The notes under the pieces were generated by a model. That model had not been told where the DNA came from, made no database searches, and saw only the letters and a program-made list of their open reading frames with translations. A stretch of DNA of 64,000 nucleotides. Source: Psychroserpens sp. GTDB lineage: Bacteria; Bacteroidota; Bacteroidia; Flavobacteriales; Flavobacteriaceae. The position numbers were made by a program, and so were the translations under genes. This document shows, in pieces, positions 9,849 through 20,200 of the stretch. Location: assembly GCA_047612485.1 (NCBI GenBank), contig JBLGAT010000006.1, forward strand, positions 4,565 to 68,564, given 5' to 3'. Positions within the stretch are counted from its first letter, which is position 1, and each line of letters starts with the position of its first letter.

Positions 9849-10244
9849 CTATTTGTAATGAGGTGTGCAATGAATTAATCGTGAATCTTCCAATGCTTGC
9901 TCCCTTAATTCTGAAGGATATCCATCGGCCATTATCATGGTCATAAAATCGGAAACGGAATTATATTTTATGATAAGTACATCATCCCATAAGGTATCTT
10001 CTGCAGGACCTATCACCATATGCTTGGGCGATCCGTAAAACACTATTTCCGCATTCACTTTTAAAAAAAAAGGAGTCGCTTGTCGCATATATTCGGTGTA
10101 GGATTCCTTTCCCGTCATTCCCGTTTCTGGCACAAGAGCTTTATATTTTACCATATTTAGCATGACCACAGAATCCTTGGATGCGCTTTTTGCAAAGTCC
10201 GATACTTGGTCTGGATTCATGTTTAAATAGTATTGCCCGTCCAT
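9849..10244 (-). CDS. DUF1330-like small protein (dimeric alpha-beta barrel)
   Basis: VVMLNMVKYK...Y.EY...WDDVLIIKY...F..M...Y...R.QALEDSRLI pattern. Confidence 0.65.
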   Translation of the reverse strand: MDGQYYLNMNPDQVSDFAKSASKDSVVMLNMVKYKALVPETGMTGKESYTEYMRQATPFFLKVNAEIVFYGSPKHMVIGPAEDTLWDDVLIIKYNSVSDFMTMIMADGYPSELREQALEDSRLIHCTPHYK

Positions 10245-10246
10245 AG

Positions 10247-11326
10247 TTAGTATAAATTATCTATTTGATTTTTTTGAATTGCCTGCCATGCGGTATTACA
10301 ACATAAAGCAGAAGCCTTATTCAAATTCGCAAACTTGGGATCACTGGTATGGCCATGTTTATATCTGTAATAAATCTGCTGGGCAATTACCGCAATCTTA
10401 AAAAGTCCGTAAGCAAAATAAAAGGTAAGGTTATCTATATTTCTACCACTTTTTAAAGCATAGTGCTGCACAATTTCAGTTCGTGAGGGATTTCCTTTCA
10501 TAACCGTTGGGGAAGGAAGCCCTTGTTTCATAAATTCTGGGTCATCTGCCGTTGTCCAATAGGCAAGTGAAGTTCCCAAATCCATTAAAGGATCTCCAAG
10601 CGTACACATTTCCCAATCTAAAATAGCTGAAATCTTCTTCCAACTATCATCAGCAAAAACCACATTGTCATATTTGAAATCGTTGTGAATAAGGGCATGG
10701 CCATATTTTTTGGGTTGATTTTCACTCATCCACGTCATTACCTTTTGTGCTGCCGGCACTTCATCGGTTGCCGCGGCCAGATACTGCTTGCCCCAATTAT
10801 GTACCTGACGTTCTACGTACCCTTCTGGTCTTCCCAGTTCTGAAAGTCCTGCGGCTTTATAATCTATATCGTGAAATTCTGCAAAGGCATCGACCCAAGT
10901 ATCGGAAATGATTTTAAATTCCTCGGGGGAAACTTGTTTACTAAGGGCAGATGAAGCCGTTAGAATCTCGCCATTTACCTTCTCCATAATATAAAATGGA
11001 GCTCCCATAATTTTGGGATCTTCATTAAAGACATATACTTTAGGACTCTTGTCATAAACAGGGTTTAACTGCTGTAGCACCCTAAATTCACGTCCCATAT
11101 CATGCCCGCGTTTGGGCGCTGCAAAGGGCGGTCTTCGTAGGACGTATTCCTTGTCCTCAATTTGAAGTAGATAGGTTAGGTTGGAATAACCATTGGTGAA
11201 TTGTTTCACTTTCAATTCGGTATTCACCTTGGTTATTAGCGCTTGTTTTAGCAAAAAATCCTTAAGCTTAACCTCATTGATTTCCTCCCCTTCCCGTACC
11301 GGTTTTAAGTTTTTTTCGTTAGACAT
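10247..11326 (-). CDS. APH-type phosphotransferase (ACAD10/11 kinase-domain / LvaA-like)
   Basis: [47 protein letters not shown]. Confidence 0.87.
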   Translation of the reverse strand: MSNEKNLKPVREGEEINEVKLKDFLLKQALITKVNTELKVKQFTNGYSNLTYLLQIEDKEYVLRRPPFAAPKRGHDMGREFRVLQQLNPVYDKSPKVYVFNEDPKIMGAPFYIMEKVNGEILTASSALSKQVSPEEFKIISDTWVDAFAEFHDIDYKAAGLSELGRPEGYVERQVHNWGKQYLAAATDEVPAAQKVMTWMSENQPKKYGHALIHNDFKYDNVVFADDSWKKISAILDWEMCTLGDPLMDLGTSLAYWTTADDPEFMKQGLPSPTVMKGNPSRTEIVQHYALKSGRNIDNLTFYFAYGLFKIAVIAQQIYYRYKHGHTSDPKFANLNKASALCCNTAWQAIQKNQIDNLY

Positions 11327-12545
11327 TCTGTTTTTTTACATACTTGTATATCGTACTTTTTCCCAATTGACTCATATGAACTTCATCCGGACCATCGGCC
11401 AAACGTAGCGTCCGTGCCGCGGCAAAGAAATGGGCCAAGGGGGTATCACTGCCAACTCCCTTTCCGCCTAAAATCTGAATAGCTCTGTCAATAACCTTCA
11501 AGGCCATTTGGGGCGTGACTATTTTTATCATGGCAATTAAATCCTTAGCCTCTTTATTTCCTACTTTATCCATTTTATCAGCTGCGGACAACACCAACAA
11601 ACGGGTCTGTTCAATCTCACAGGCAGAAAGGGCTATATCTTGTCGTACACTACTAAAAGTATCCAAGGTTCTACCAAAAGGTTTTCTTTGCACTGTGCGT
11701 TCCGACATAATTTCCAAAGAACGTTGCGCCATACCAATCAACCGCATACAGTGATGAATACGGCCCGGACCTAAACGGCCCTGCGCTATTTCAAAACCTC
11801 TACCCTCACCTAATAGTAAATTGGATTTGGGTACGCGAACATTGTCCAAAATTATTTCAGCGTGGCCTTCCGGCGAATCGGTATACCCAAAAACACTCAG
11901 CGCTCTTTCAATCTTTAGACCTGGGGTATCCATGGGTACCAAAATCATACTCTGTTGTACATGACGCGGTGCATCAAAATTAGTCTTTCCCATCACAATG
12001 GCTATTTTGCAATTGGGGTCCATCGCACCGGAAGACCACCATTTTCTACCATTAATAATATAGTCATTCCCGTCCGAAATAATGGCGGTTTCAATGTTGG
12101 TGGCATCGGAAGAAGCAACCTCGGGCTCCGTCATTAAAAAAGCCGAACGTATTTCTCCGTTCAATAAAGGCCCCAACCATTTTTCTTGTTGTTCTAGAGT
12201 GCCATATTTGGCGAGTACCTCCATGTTTCCCGTATCGGGAGCGCTACAATTAAAGATTTCAGACGACCAGATTATGCGCCCCATGATTTCCGCCAAAGGA
12301 GCATATTCCAAATTCGAAAGCCCTGGACTAAGTTCTCCATACGAGGCAGGAAGAAAAACATTCCAAAGTCCAGCATCTTTGGCCTTTTGTTTTAAGGCTT
12401 CCATGCCAGGCCAACGTTTCCAACTATTTTCCGGATTTTGATGGAACAACTCCACCTCCTTTTCAATAGGGTGAACATAGGTTTCCATAAAATCCCTCAA
12501 TTTTTCTTGAAGTGCTATCGATTTACCGCTGTAGTCAAAATTCAT
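11319..12545 (-). CDS. Acyl-CoA dehydrogenase, ACAD10/11 (LvaC-like) subfamily
   Basis: [53 protein letters not shown]; 8-nt overlap with the kinase gene. Confidence 0.9.
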   Translation of the reverse strand: MNFDYSGKSIALQEKLRDFMETYVHPIEKEVELFHQNPENSWKRWPGMEALKQKAKDAGLWNVFLPASYGELSPGLSNLEYAPLAEIMGRIIWSSEIFNCSAPDTGNMEVLAKYGTLEQQEKWLGPLLNGEIRSAFLMTEPEVASSDATNIETAIISDGNDYIINGRKWWSSGAMDPNCKIAIVMGKTNFDAPRHVQQSMILVPMDTPGLKIERALSVFGYTDSPEGHAEIILDNVRVPKSNLLLGEGRGFEIAQGRLGPGRIHHCMRLIGMAQRSLEIMSERTVQRKPFGRTLDTFSSVRQDIALSACEIEQTRLLVLSAADKMDKVGNKEAKDLIAMIKIVTPQMALKVIDRAIQILGGKGVGSDTPLAHFFAAARTLRLADGPDEVHMSQLGKSTIYKYVKKQNV

Positions 12546-12556
12546 AGTTCATTTTA

Positions 12557-13330
12557 TTAACCCGAAATTAAATAACCTCCATCCGCAGCATACACTCCGC
12601 CTGTCATGTAAGAGCCAGCATCGGACGCCAACAACATTACTATTCCGGCCATTTCATCAGGTTCTGCCACCCTTTTCAAAGGAATGATACTGGTATATTG
12701 TGCAGCCAGTTTTTCATCGGACCACAGACTTTCACTAAATTTTGTTTTGATCAATCCTGGACAAACCACGTTGGAACGGATTCCGTATCGGCCCCACTCC
12801 TTTGCTTGGTTCTTTGTGAGCATGATCACAGCAGATTTCGTCATACTATAGAGTCCCAATCGAAATCCGGGATGTATGCCCTCTACCGATGCAATATTGA
12901 TTATACTACCACCTCCATTTGCTTTCATATACGGCTGTGCCAAATTGGAAAGTATCCAAGGTGCCTTAACGTTTACGTTCATGATTTTATCGAACACTTC
13001 TTCCCCTGCCGATTCCAATGGTCCGTAAAACGGATTTATGGCCGCGTTGTTGACCAGGATGTCTATTCTTCCATAGGCCTCCATCGTTTTGGCTATCAGT
13101 TGCTCCCTTTGGGTGGCGTCCCCAATATGACATTCGATTCCTATGGCTTCTAACCCAGCTTCATTAAACTCCTTCGCCACGGCATCAACAGCCTCTTGTT
13201 TTCTACTACTAATTACCACTTTGGCCCCGTTTTCAGCAAGACCCTTGGCTATGGAAAGTCCTATCCCCTTGCTTGATCCCGTAACGATGGCCACTTTCCC
13301 CGTTAGGTTAAATTTTGATTTTATACTCAT
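12557..13330 (-). CDS. SDR (DHRS4-like carbonyl reductase)
   Basis: TGSSKGIG, NNAAINP, YSMTK, PGLIKTKFS. Start moved to MSIKSKF (13330) because the extra 25 codons in the track ORF cover a low-complexity heptamer run. Confidence 0.85.
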   Translation of the reverse strand: MSIKSKFNLTGKVAIVTGSSKGIGLSIAKGLAENGAKVVISSRKQEAVDAVAKEFNEAGLEAIGIECHIGDATQREQLIAKTMEAYGRIDILVNNAAINPFYGPLESAGEEVFDKIMNVNVKAPWILSNLAQPYMKANGGGSIINIASVEGIHPGFRLGLYSMTKSAVIMLTKNQAKEWGRYGIRSNVVCPGLIKTKFSESLWSDEKLAAQYTSIIPLKRVAEPDEMAGIVMLLASDAGSYMTGGVYAADGGYLISG

Positions 13331-13423
13331 TTTAGTTGATTGTTGTTTGTTGTTGGCTTTTGGCTTTTGGCTCTTAAATCTATCCTTACCTATTACACTT
13401 ATCATATCTTTCGTGTTCCGAAG

Positions 13424-13447
13424 TTCTCGACTCCGCTCGAAATGACA
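13424..13447 (+). repeat. REP-like intergenic repeat TTCTCGACTCCGCTCGAAATGACA (cleanest of three related copies)
   Basis: Related TTCTC...CGAA(A/C)T(G/A)ACA elements at about 6097-6125 and 7197-7231, same orientation. Confidence 0.55.
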
Positions 13448-13468
13448 GTTTGTGTTCTTGGCTCTAAT

Positions 13469-15280
13469 TTATGCAAATACCTCCTTCTCTGTATTCAGTG
13501 TCAATGCTTGCTTGTCCATCAATATTTCGGAAAGCCCAGTTGTTTTGGGGAGTTCGTATTTAAAATAAAACTGCATGGCGTGGATTTTGTTTTCGTAGAA
13601 TTCAGCGCTAAAATTGGTATCTCCAGAGACCAATGCTCTTTGTGCTTCACGGCCAATATCCAACCATTGCCATGCAATGATGATAGTACTGAAGAATTCC
13701 ATAAAGGGTGTGGCGTCTGCCAAGAATCGCTGATAATCGCCCTTCATTGCATAACCCACAAGGGATTGCAGCACTTTTTGGGTGAGTTCCAGTTTACTGC
13801 CTAATTTCTCAGCCAACGGTTTCAACGATTCGTGCACCATACTTTCCTTGATAGAATTCATAATTTCCTCAGAGAGCAATTGCAGTGCTTTTCCATTTTC
13901 CATAGTGATTTTTCTTCCCAAAAGATCCTGGGACTGTATGCCGGTAGTACCTTCATAAATGGCCGAGATTCGGATATCCCGTAAATATTGTTGTAAAATA
14001 TAATCGGAACAAAAACCATAACCCCCTAGTACTTGTACCCCATTATTTACAGAAGTAATGCCCATTTCAGAGGGGTAGGTCTTAACTACCGGGGTCAATA
14101 TTTCCAACAACAACTTGTATTTCTCCCTACTTTCTGCATCTGGAAGCGATTGCGAAAGGTCTTGATACCGTGAAGTCAAAAAGACCAAGCTTAAAGATCC
14201 TTCTGTAATTACCTTTTGTAAAAGCAGCATTCTGCGAACATCGGGGTGATTAATGATGAGGGTTTGTTCTTGGGAGGCATCTTTTTTACCTGTACGTTGC
14301 AGCTCCCGACCCTGAGGTCTTTCTTTAGCATAGCTAACCGAGGCATGGTAGGCACCTGTAGCAATTGCAGCAGCACCTCGGCCTACAGCGATCCGTGCGC
14401 CATTCATCATTAGGAACATATACTTTAAGCCTTTATTGGGCTCACCAACCAACCAACCGGTGCAGTCTTCCTTATCCCCAAAAAACAGATGTGTGGTACA
14501 ATACCCTTTTTGACCCATTTTTTGAAAATCACCAACCGTGGTGACATCATTATCTTCCAAGTTACCGCCTTCATCTAGTCGGTTTTTTGGCACAACAAAA
14601 AGTGAAATGCCCTTGGTTCCTGCAGGCGCTCCTTTGATACGGGCCAAAACCAGATGTACAATATTTTCTACTCCTTTATAATCCCCGCCGGAAATGAATA
14701 TTTTTTGTCCGTTTATTTTATAGGAATCTCCGTCAGGCACGGCGGTTGTCACAATATCCGAGAGCGAGCTTCCTGCCTGTGGTTCAGTGAGGCACATGGT
14801 GCCGCCCCATTGCCCGGCCATCATTTTGGGTACATAGGTATCCTTAAGGAATTGATTCCCAAAATGCACAATCAATTCTGCTGCCCCGATCGTAAGGCCA
14901 ATGTAACCGGGTAAGTGATTATTGGCCGCCTCCTGAATAAAGGCAGAAGCATGTACTGCCATTGAGGGCATTTGCATGCCACCAGCCTCATAGGAGAACG
15001 GACCCGATAAAAACCCCATTTCACCGCCTTCCTTCATGTACTTGTTTACCTGTGGATGAACAATAATTTCCCCATCCTTAAAGTGGGCGGGGTTTTCATC
15101 CATCTCCCTAAAATAAGGGTAGAGTTCCTTATCTGAAAAATCCTTTACGGAGTCGAGCATCATGGCAATAGACTCCTCATCGTATTCCGAGAAGCGTTCT
15201 TGTTGCAGTACCCCCTTGATATCGTGTACGTTGAACAGTAAAAATTTAAGGGTATCCATTTCTATATAGGTATTGGCCAT
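13469..15280 (-). CDS. Long (603 aa) acyl-CoA dehydrogenase with C-terminal extension
   Basis: GTMCLTEPQAGSSL, KIFISGG, KGISLFVVPK, MMNGARI, QVLGGYGF, IYEGTTGIQ. Confidence 0.9.
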   Translation of the reverse strand: MANTYIEMDTLKFLLFNVHDIKGVLQQERFSEYDEESIAMMLDSVKDFSDKELYPYFREMDENPAHFKDGEIIVHPQVNKYMKEGGEMGFLSGPFSYEAGGMQMPSMAVHASAFIQEAANNHLPGYIGLTIGAAELIVHFGNQFLKDTYVPKMMAGQWGGTMCLTEPQAGSSLSDIVTTAVPDGDSYKINGQKIFISGGDYKGVENIVHLVLARIKGAPAGTKGISLFVVPKNRLDEGGNLEDNDVTTVGDFQKMGQKGYCTTHLFFGDKEDCTGWLVGEPNKGLKYMFLMMNGARIAVGRGAAAIATGAYHASVSYAKERPQGRELQRTGKKDASQEQTLIINHPDVRRMLLLQKVITEGSLSLVFLTSRYQDLSQSLPDAESREKYKLLLEILTPVVKTYPSEMGITSVNNGVQVLGGYGFCSDYILQQYLRDIRISAIYEGTTGIQSQDLLGRKITMENGKALQLLSEEIMNSIKESMVHESLKPLAEKLGSKLELTQKVLQSLVGYAMKGDYQRFLADATPFMEFFSTIIIAWQWLDIGREAQRALVSGDTNFSAEFYENKIHAMQFYFKYELPKTTGLSEILMDKQALTLNTEKEVFA

Positions 15281-15451
15281 AACAACTGTTTTTAAAAATT
15301 AATGCGATTGAAATTAGTATTTATTCCAAGGAATCTCGTTAAACTGGTTTAATAAAATTGAAAGATATTCCCTGATGAGATTATTGTATTTCACAGGGAA
15401 AGGTATTTACATGTTTGCAAGTCCTATGTTTATTAGACCAAACGTAAAAAA

Positions 15452-16051
15452 CTATCCCTTTCCCAAACGTTTCCTAAGTTTTGAAAGACCAACTGCAGTT
15501 AGTCCCAAATAGGAAGCAATCAAATATTGAGGCACACGCTGAAAAAGGTCGGGACGTTTTTCCAACAATCGCAAATAACGTTCCTCGTTGGTACGACTAT
15601 TAAGACGCTCCACTCTCGTGAAAATTTTCATAAACGCCTCCTGCATGGACAACCGACCAAAACGCTCCAACTGGTGCGACCTTTCAAAAGAGTTCTCAGC
15701 ATCGGATTTTTTTATAGCGTAAACTACGGTGGCCTCGGAAGCCTTTAGATAATAATTGGATGGGGTGCCCTTTACATAGGCCGGTAAATCGGTAAAAAAG
15801 ACATCGTCGGTATAAAATTCCAATACTTTTTGCTCACCTTCGTCCAACTTATAATAGTAAATACAACCTGTCGCTACATAATAAAAGTAATGAACCAATT
15901 GCCCTGGGGTTACCAACGTATCGCCCTTTTTTAGATCCATTCGTTGGTAGAATTGCATCTGTTCCTGTACCACCTTATCGTTTACCTGAGTATAAGATAA
16001 AATCTTTTGTTTTAGACTCTCAAGATGTGCTGTTTGGAATATTGTTTTCAA
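15452..16051 (-). CDS. Crp/Fnr-family transcriptional regulator (Bacteroidota type)
   Basis: cNMP-binding-like N-terminus; EERY..LL...P.L.QRVPQYLIASYLG.T...LS..R C-terminus. Confidence 0.85.
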   Translation of the reverse strand: MKTIFQTAHLESLKQKILSYTQVNDKVVQEQMQFYQRMDLKKGDTLVTPGQLVHYFYYVATGCIYYYKLDEGEQKVLEFYTDDVFFTDLPAYVKGTPSNYYLKASEATVVYAIKKSDAENSFERSHQLERFGRLSMQEAFMKIFTRVERLNSRTNEERYLRLLEKRPDLFQRVPQYLIASYLGLTAVGLSKLRKRLGKG

Positions 16052-16949
16052 GGAGTATTTTTAAATAGGAAAGAAATCCAAGATTAATATTAGCCGTTCT
16101 GCCATTGCCATTTGGTGTTTTTGAATCAGATTAACATAAGGAAAGCCTATCTTCTCGATAGAAAGTGGCATTAAGGTCTCCATTGCTGCTGTAGATTCGA
16201 ACTGATCGAAGGAAATTTTATCTCGAAACAGGAGGAGTTTTTGGAACCAGCCAAGCTCTTGGCGATGATTTCTACGTAAGATTCATTTATTTTCATAAAA
16301 AACACTAGTTTCTGCAACTGCTAAATTAAGTCAACACAAGTTCGTGAATAAAATTTAAAAACCTTATTCCCTCATTAGGTTTAATGAATTTTAATTAACG
16401 TTACAATTTCAAGCCTCATAATTTTTAGCAAAACATGCTACAACTATTCCTATAACTCATTGTAGCTGAATCCTACACTGAAAGTTTCTTCCTTTGTATA
16501 ATAGCTTGGTTCTCACGGAATAGACCTCCAAGAAAATTCAATATTAATCTGTAGCCGTATTTTAGAACCTAACATTCACCAAAACGCACACCTTTTATTT
16601 GGTATTAGAAGATATCAAATGAATGGATTTAAAACAAAAAAACAGTGATAATCATATGATTAACATTGTTTTTTTGTTACCTATTTCTAGGTGGGTAAGG
16701 GTAGCGGGATCAGCTTCCCTGAACCTTTAATGGCTTGATAATCAATAGAATCTGAAACGGGCGATTGCTCTTTTCTGTTTTTTATTTCCCTGGCTTACAA
16801 CGAAGGACTAAGTGAATATTATAAATAGGATTAAGCCTGCGGCGTGATCCTAAAGTTTTGTAGGGGCTCAACAAAAGCTTGAAACCTTCGGTTTTTTATT
16901 TTTTATTTTCCATACTTACAAAAGCAAGCTTTTGACGCTGGAAAACAAA

Positions 16950-16975
16950 AAAGCCAGACAATATTGTCTGGCTTT
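16950..16975 (-). terminator. Terminator hairpin 3' of tRNA-Pro
   Basis: Perfect inverted repeat AAAGCCAGACAATATTGTCTGGCTTT. Confidence 0.75.
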
Positions 16976-16978
16976 CGT

Positions 16979-17056
16979 TGGTCGGGGTGGCAGGATTCGA
17001 ACCTGCGGCCTCCTGCTCCCAAAGCAGGCGCGATAACCGGGCTACGCTACACCCCG
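16979..17056 (-). tRNA. tRNA-Pro(UGG) with encoded CCA
   Basis: Acceptor stem CGGGGTG/CACCCCG, anticodon arm CCTGC-TTTGGGA-GCAGG, T-loop GGTTCGAATCC, 3' ACCA. Confidence 0.97.
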
Positions 17057-17104
17057 AAAAATATATGATAGATACTACCAGTAAACCATCATATTTTCGG
17101 ATTG

Positions 17105-17112
17105 CAAATATA
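17105..17112 (-). promoter_or_regulatory. Bacteroidota -7 promoter box for tRNA-Pro
   Basis: TATATTTG on the minus strand matches TAnnTTTG. Confidence 0.7.
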
Positions 17113-17154
17113 AGATAATACTTAGAAAAACAAGTCAAAAAATGCCTTATAAAA

Positions 17155-17190
17155 CAAAATAGGTGCTAAAAATATTTAGCACCTATTTTG
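17155..17190 (-). terminator. Terminator after the adhesin gene
   Basis: Perfect 16-bp arms CAAAATAGGTGCTAAA / TTTAGCACCTATTTTG. Confidence 0.75.
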
Positions 17191-17217
17191 TCAAGCTTTT
17201 AGCCATTTATATTGTCC

Positions 17218-20200
17218 TTATCTAAAGAGGGTAAAATGCCCTACATATTGTTGTTTATCCGAGTCATTGGCATTTACTACATACCAATAATCCCCTGTTG
17301 GAACTTCATTTCCTTCATATCTACCGTCCCAGCCTTTAACTTGGTCCAATATAGCAACCACCCTACCGTACCGGTCATAAATCTTGACCTCTAGATTTGG
17401 GAAAAGTTCCCGATTGCCAGGAGCCCAAACCTCGTTCATGTTATCCCCATCCGGGGTAAAGAAATTAGGCATTTCCAGTACACCTGTAAAATCGAACGGG
17501 ATGGTAATAGTAACATTACAGCCATTGGCATCTACCACTCGGATAGTCACCGTAGCATCCATATTCAGGGTAAACACGTTGTTGTCGCCTGTGGATTGCC
17601 CTTGAAAGAAATATTCGTAGTCACCAAAACCACCTGTTGCTGTTGCCGTAATTTCATTAGGCCCAGTTTTGATAGCTTCAAGTATCAAAGGATCATAAGG
17701 ATCTATGGTGAATGACACCGAAGTGGAACATCCGTTCTCATGGTACAAATACACTATATGGTCTCCGGGAGCCAAATCTCCAAATGTATAATTGGTATTG
17801 GCTAAAGCAATATCATCAACATCCAAAGAAAAAAGCAATCTGGAGAGTACGCTTGGATCCTGCATTTCCACGGTAACCGTACTATTGGGAAATATCCCTT
17901 CACAACCATATTCAGGTATAGCTGTCGCCGTAAGATCCACTCCTATTATAATTGGCATTACCACATTGGTTTCACAACCTCTGGCATCCCTAACAAAAGC
18001 TACATAAGTCTCACCTCCTACTAAATTATCAAAGAACAAGGCATCATTCCTCACAAAATCTGCTGGATCGGAAGAATTTAGGCTGGTCTCATAATATGTC
18101 TGCAACGTTACAGGGTCCACAAATGGCGTTCCCCCAGTTATGGTCAATTGGGCCGAGCCATCCATTGCATTGATACATGTTTCGGGAGTCTCAATGGAAG
18201 AAACCGTCAGCACATCTGGTTCCATAATAGTCAAAGTTTGTTTCTCAGAACATCCTTTTTCATCCAATATCAAAATTTCATATGTCCCTGCATCCAAATC
18301 ATCGAATACAAACTGTCCCGGTGTTGTTGGCTCACTAAAGAATTCGTTGAAGTTGGGAGAAATGGCGAACTGCAAAAGTCCTACCCCCCCTGACTGTACT
18401 TCAATCTCAATGGAACCATCCGATAAACCGTTACAAGACACTCCTTCGGGTCTTGCCGTGAACTGTATTGGTTCTGGTCTTAGGATTACTAATGGGCCTT
18501 TCACATCCCAACAGGTCACTCCACTGATGACACTCACATAATAATCGTTTCCGGCAGGTAACCCTTCAAAAGTACCATCATTTTGAGTAGGTCTAAACAA
18601 GGTTGCAGATGCATTTGGCGCAAATGGATCTCCTGGATCACCAACCCATAATTGGAATTGATAATTACCTACTCCACCGGCAGCAAAGGATTCAATTCTA
18701 CCATCCAGTTCCGAAGCACAAGATATATCATCAGGTAGGTTCATAACCAGATCTACATTTTCCGCATTCACCAATGTAATACCCTGGGAACGTACACTGT
18801 TACAAACATTCAATCCCAAAACATCTTTTTTACGGATATCGTATTGATAAAACCCGGGACCTACCGTAATCAATACCGAAGTACCGGCCATATCCATAAA
18901 GGTATCTGTGGGTAAGGCATTAAAAGCTCTGTATTCGTATACATACCCAACTTCAGGGTTTTCTACACTTAATCGTATTTGGCCCTGTCCCCCACAACCA
19001 GGTGCTTGCACCTGCACCAATTTAGGATCAATTGGTGGTGGTGGGTTTACAAAATAAGGCACTGTTGCCCCTATACAAGCAAAACCTGAAGAAATCTCAA
19101 TCGCATACCAGCCAGAGCTTATATAACCGCCTGATAACCCAACAAAGGTTGGCAAATCTTGCAACCCACTGGTAGATACAACATCCGTGTTATCGTTACT
19201 CCCCAAATACAACAATCTGTACTTGTATCCTGCTCCGGGAACACCTCCAGATGCGCCCGCTAAGGCTGTAAGGATAGTACCCGTAGTTGTATCATAAGCC
19301 TCCAATACGGCATTGTTTCCTCCAGGACATATCAATGCCTGTGGCTCTCTTATACCTGCTATAATTGGAGCAATAGGGTTTAATTGGATATCCATGGTTG
19401 CTTCGCACCCTTCTATATCCCTTACCGTTATCCTATAATTTCCACTGGATAAATTTTCAAATTCATTGTTCGGTCCTGAAGCTACTATTGCAACAAAGGC
19501 ACCACTGCCAGCTGGGCTTTCTATGTCCAGACTAAAATCATAAGGCGCTATGTCCCATCCCCCTTGGGCGGTTGCCTGGATTTTACCAAGATTATCATCA
19601 CAACTTACATTACCTAGTTCTAAGGCTGTTAAAGTAAGCGGTCCACTAGGACTTCTTATCGTAGCCACATTGCTATTTCCTGAACAATATGGTAAATCCT
19701 CAGAGGTAACGACCACATAGAAATTACCCCCTGGGAGTCCCGTAATGGTTTCGGGATTGTTGGCAGTATGAAAACTACCGGTAGCCAAAGAGATAGAAGC
19801 TGTCAAATCAAGGCTGCTATAGACATTATAGGTATAGTTCCCTGTATAATCCGTTACCGTAATGTCCATTTCTCCGTCGTCCACACCAAAACATTGGATT
19901 GGTTTAAATTCACTTATGACAACAGCGGGGGCTATTGGCTCATCCACGGTATGTTTTGGCATAGGATAGGTACAACCACCTATATTGTCGGTTATCTCAA
20001 AAAGATAGTCTCCGGCAATTGGCAAATCGATCAGTGCAAAACTATTGCCCACAACAACTACAGGTGCCACAGGAACGATAGAATTTGTGGTGACCGTAAA
20101 GCTTGTTGTTCCCAAAACATCGATCCGAACTTGCTCTGGATCTCTACAATCCAGATCTCGAATAACGCTCAGCGTAGGTACCACATCCGTAGGTGGATTA

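Noticed and set aside
16061-16296. 73-codon startless open frame (ILRRNHRQELGWFQKLLLF...) that a 1-nt change could join to an ATG at 16296
   Set aside because: No recognisable family motif; it cannot be separated from chance without a homology search.
16896-17138. 80-aa minus-strand ORF
   Set aside because: It is the translation of tRNA-Pro and its flanks.
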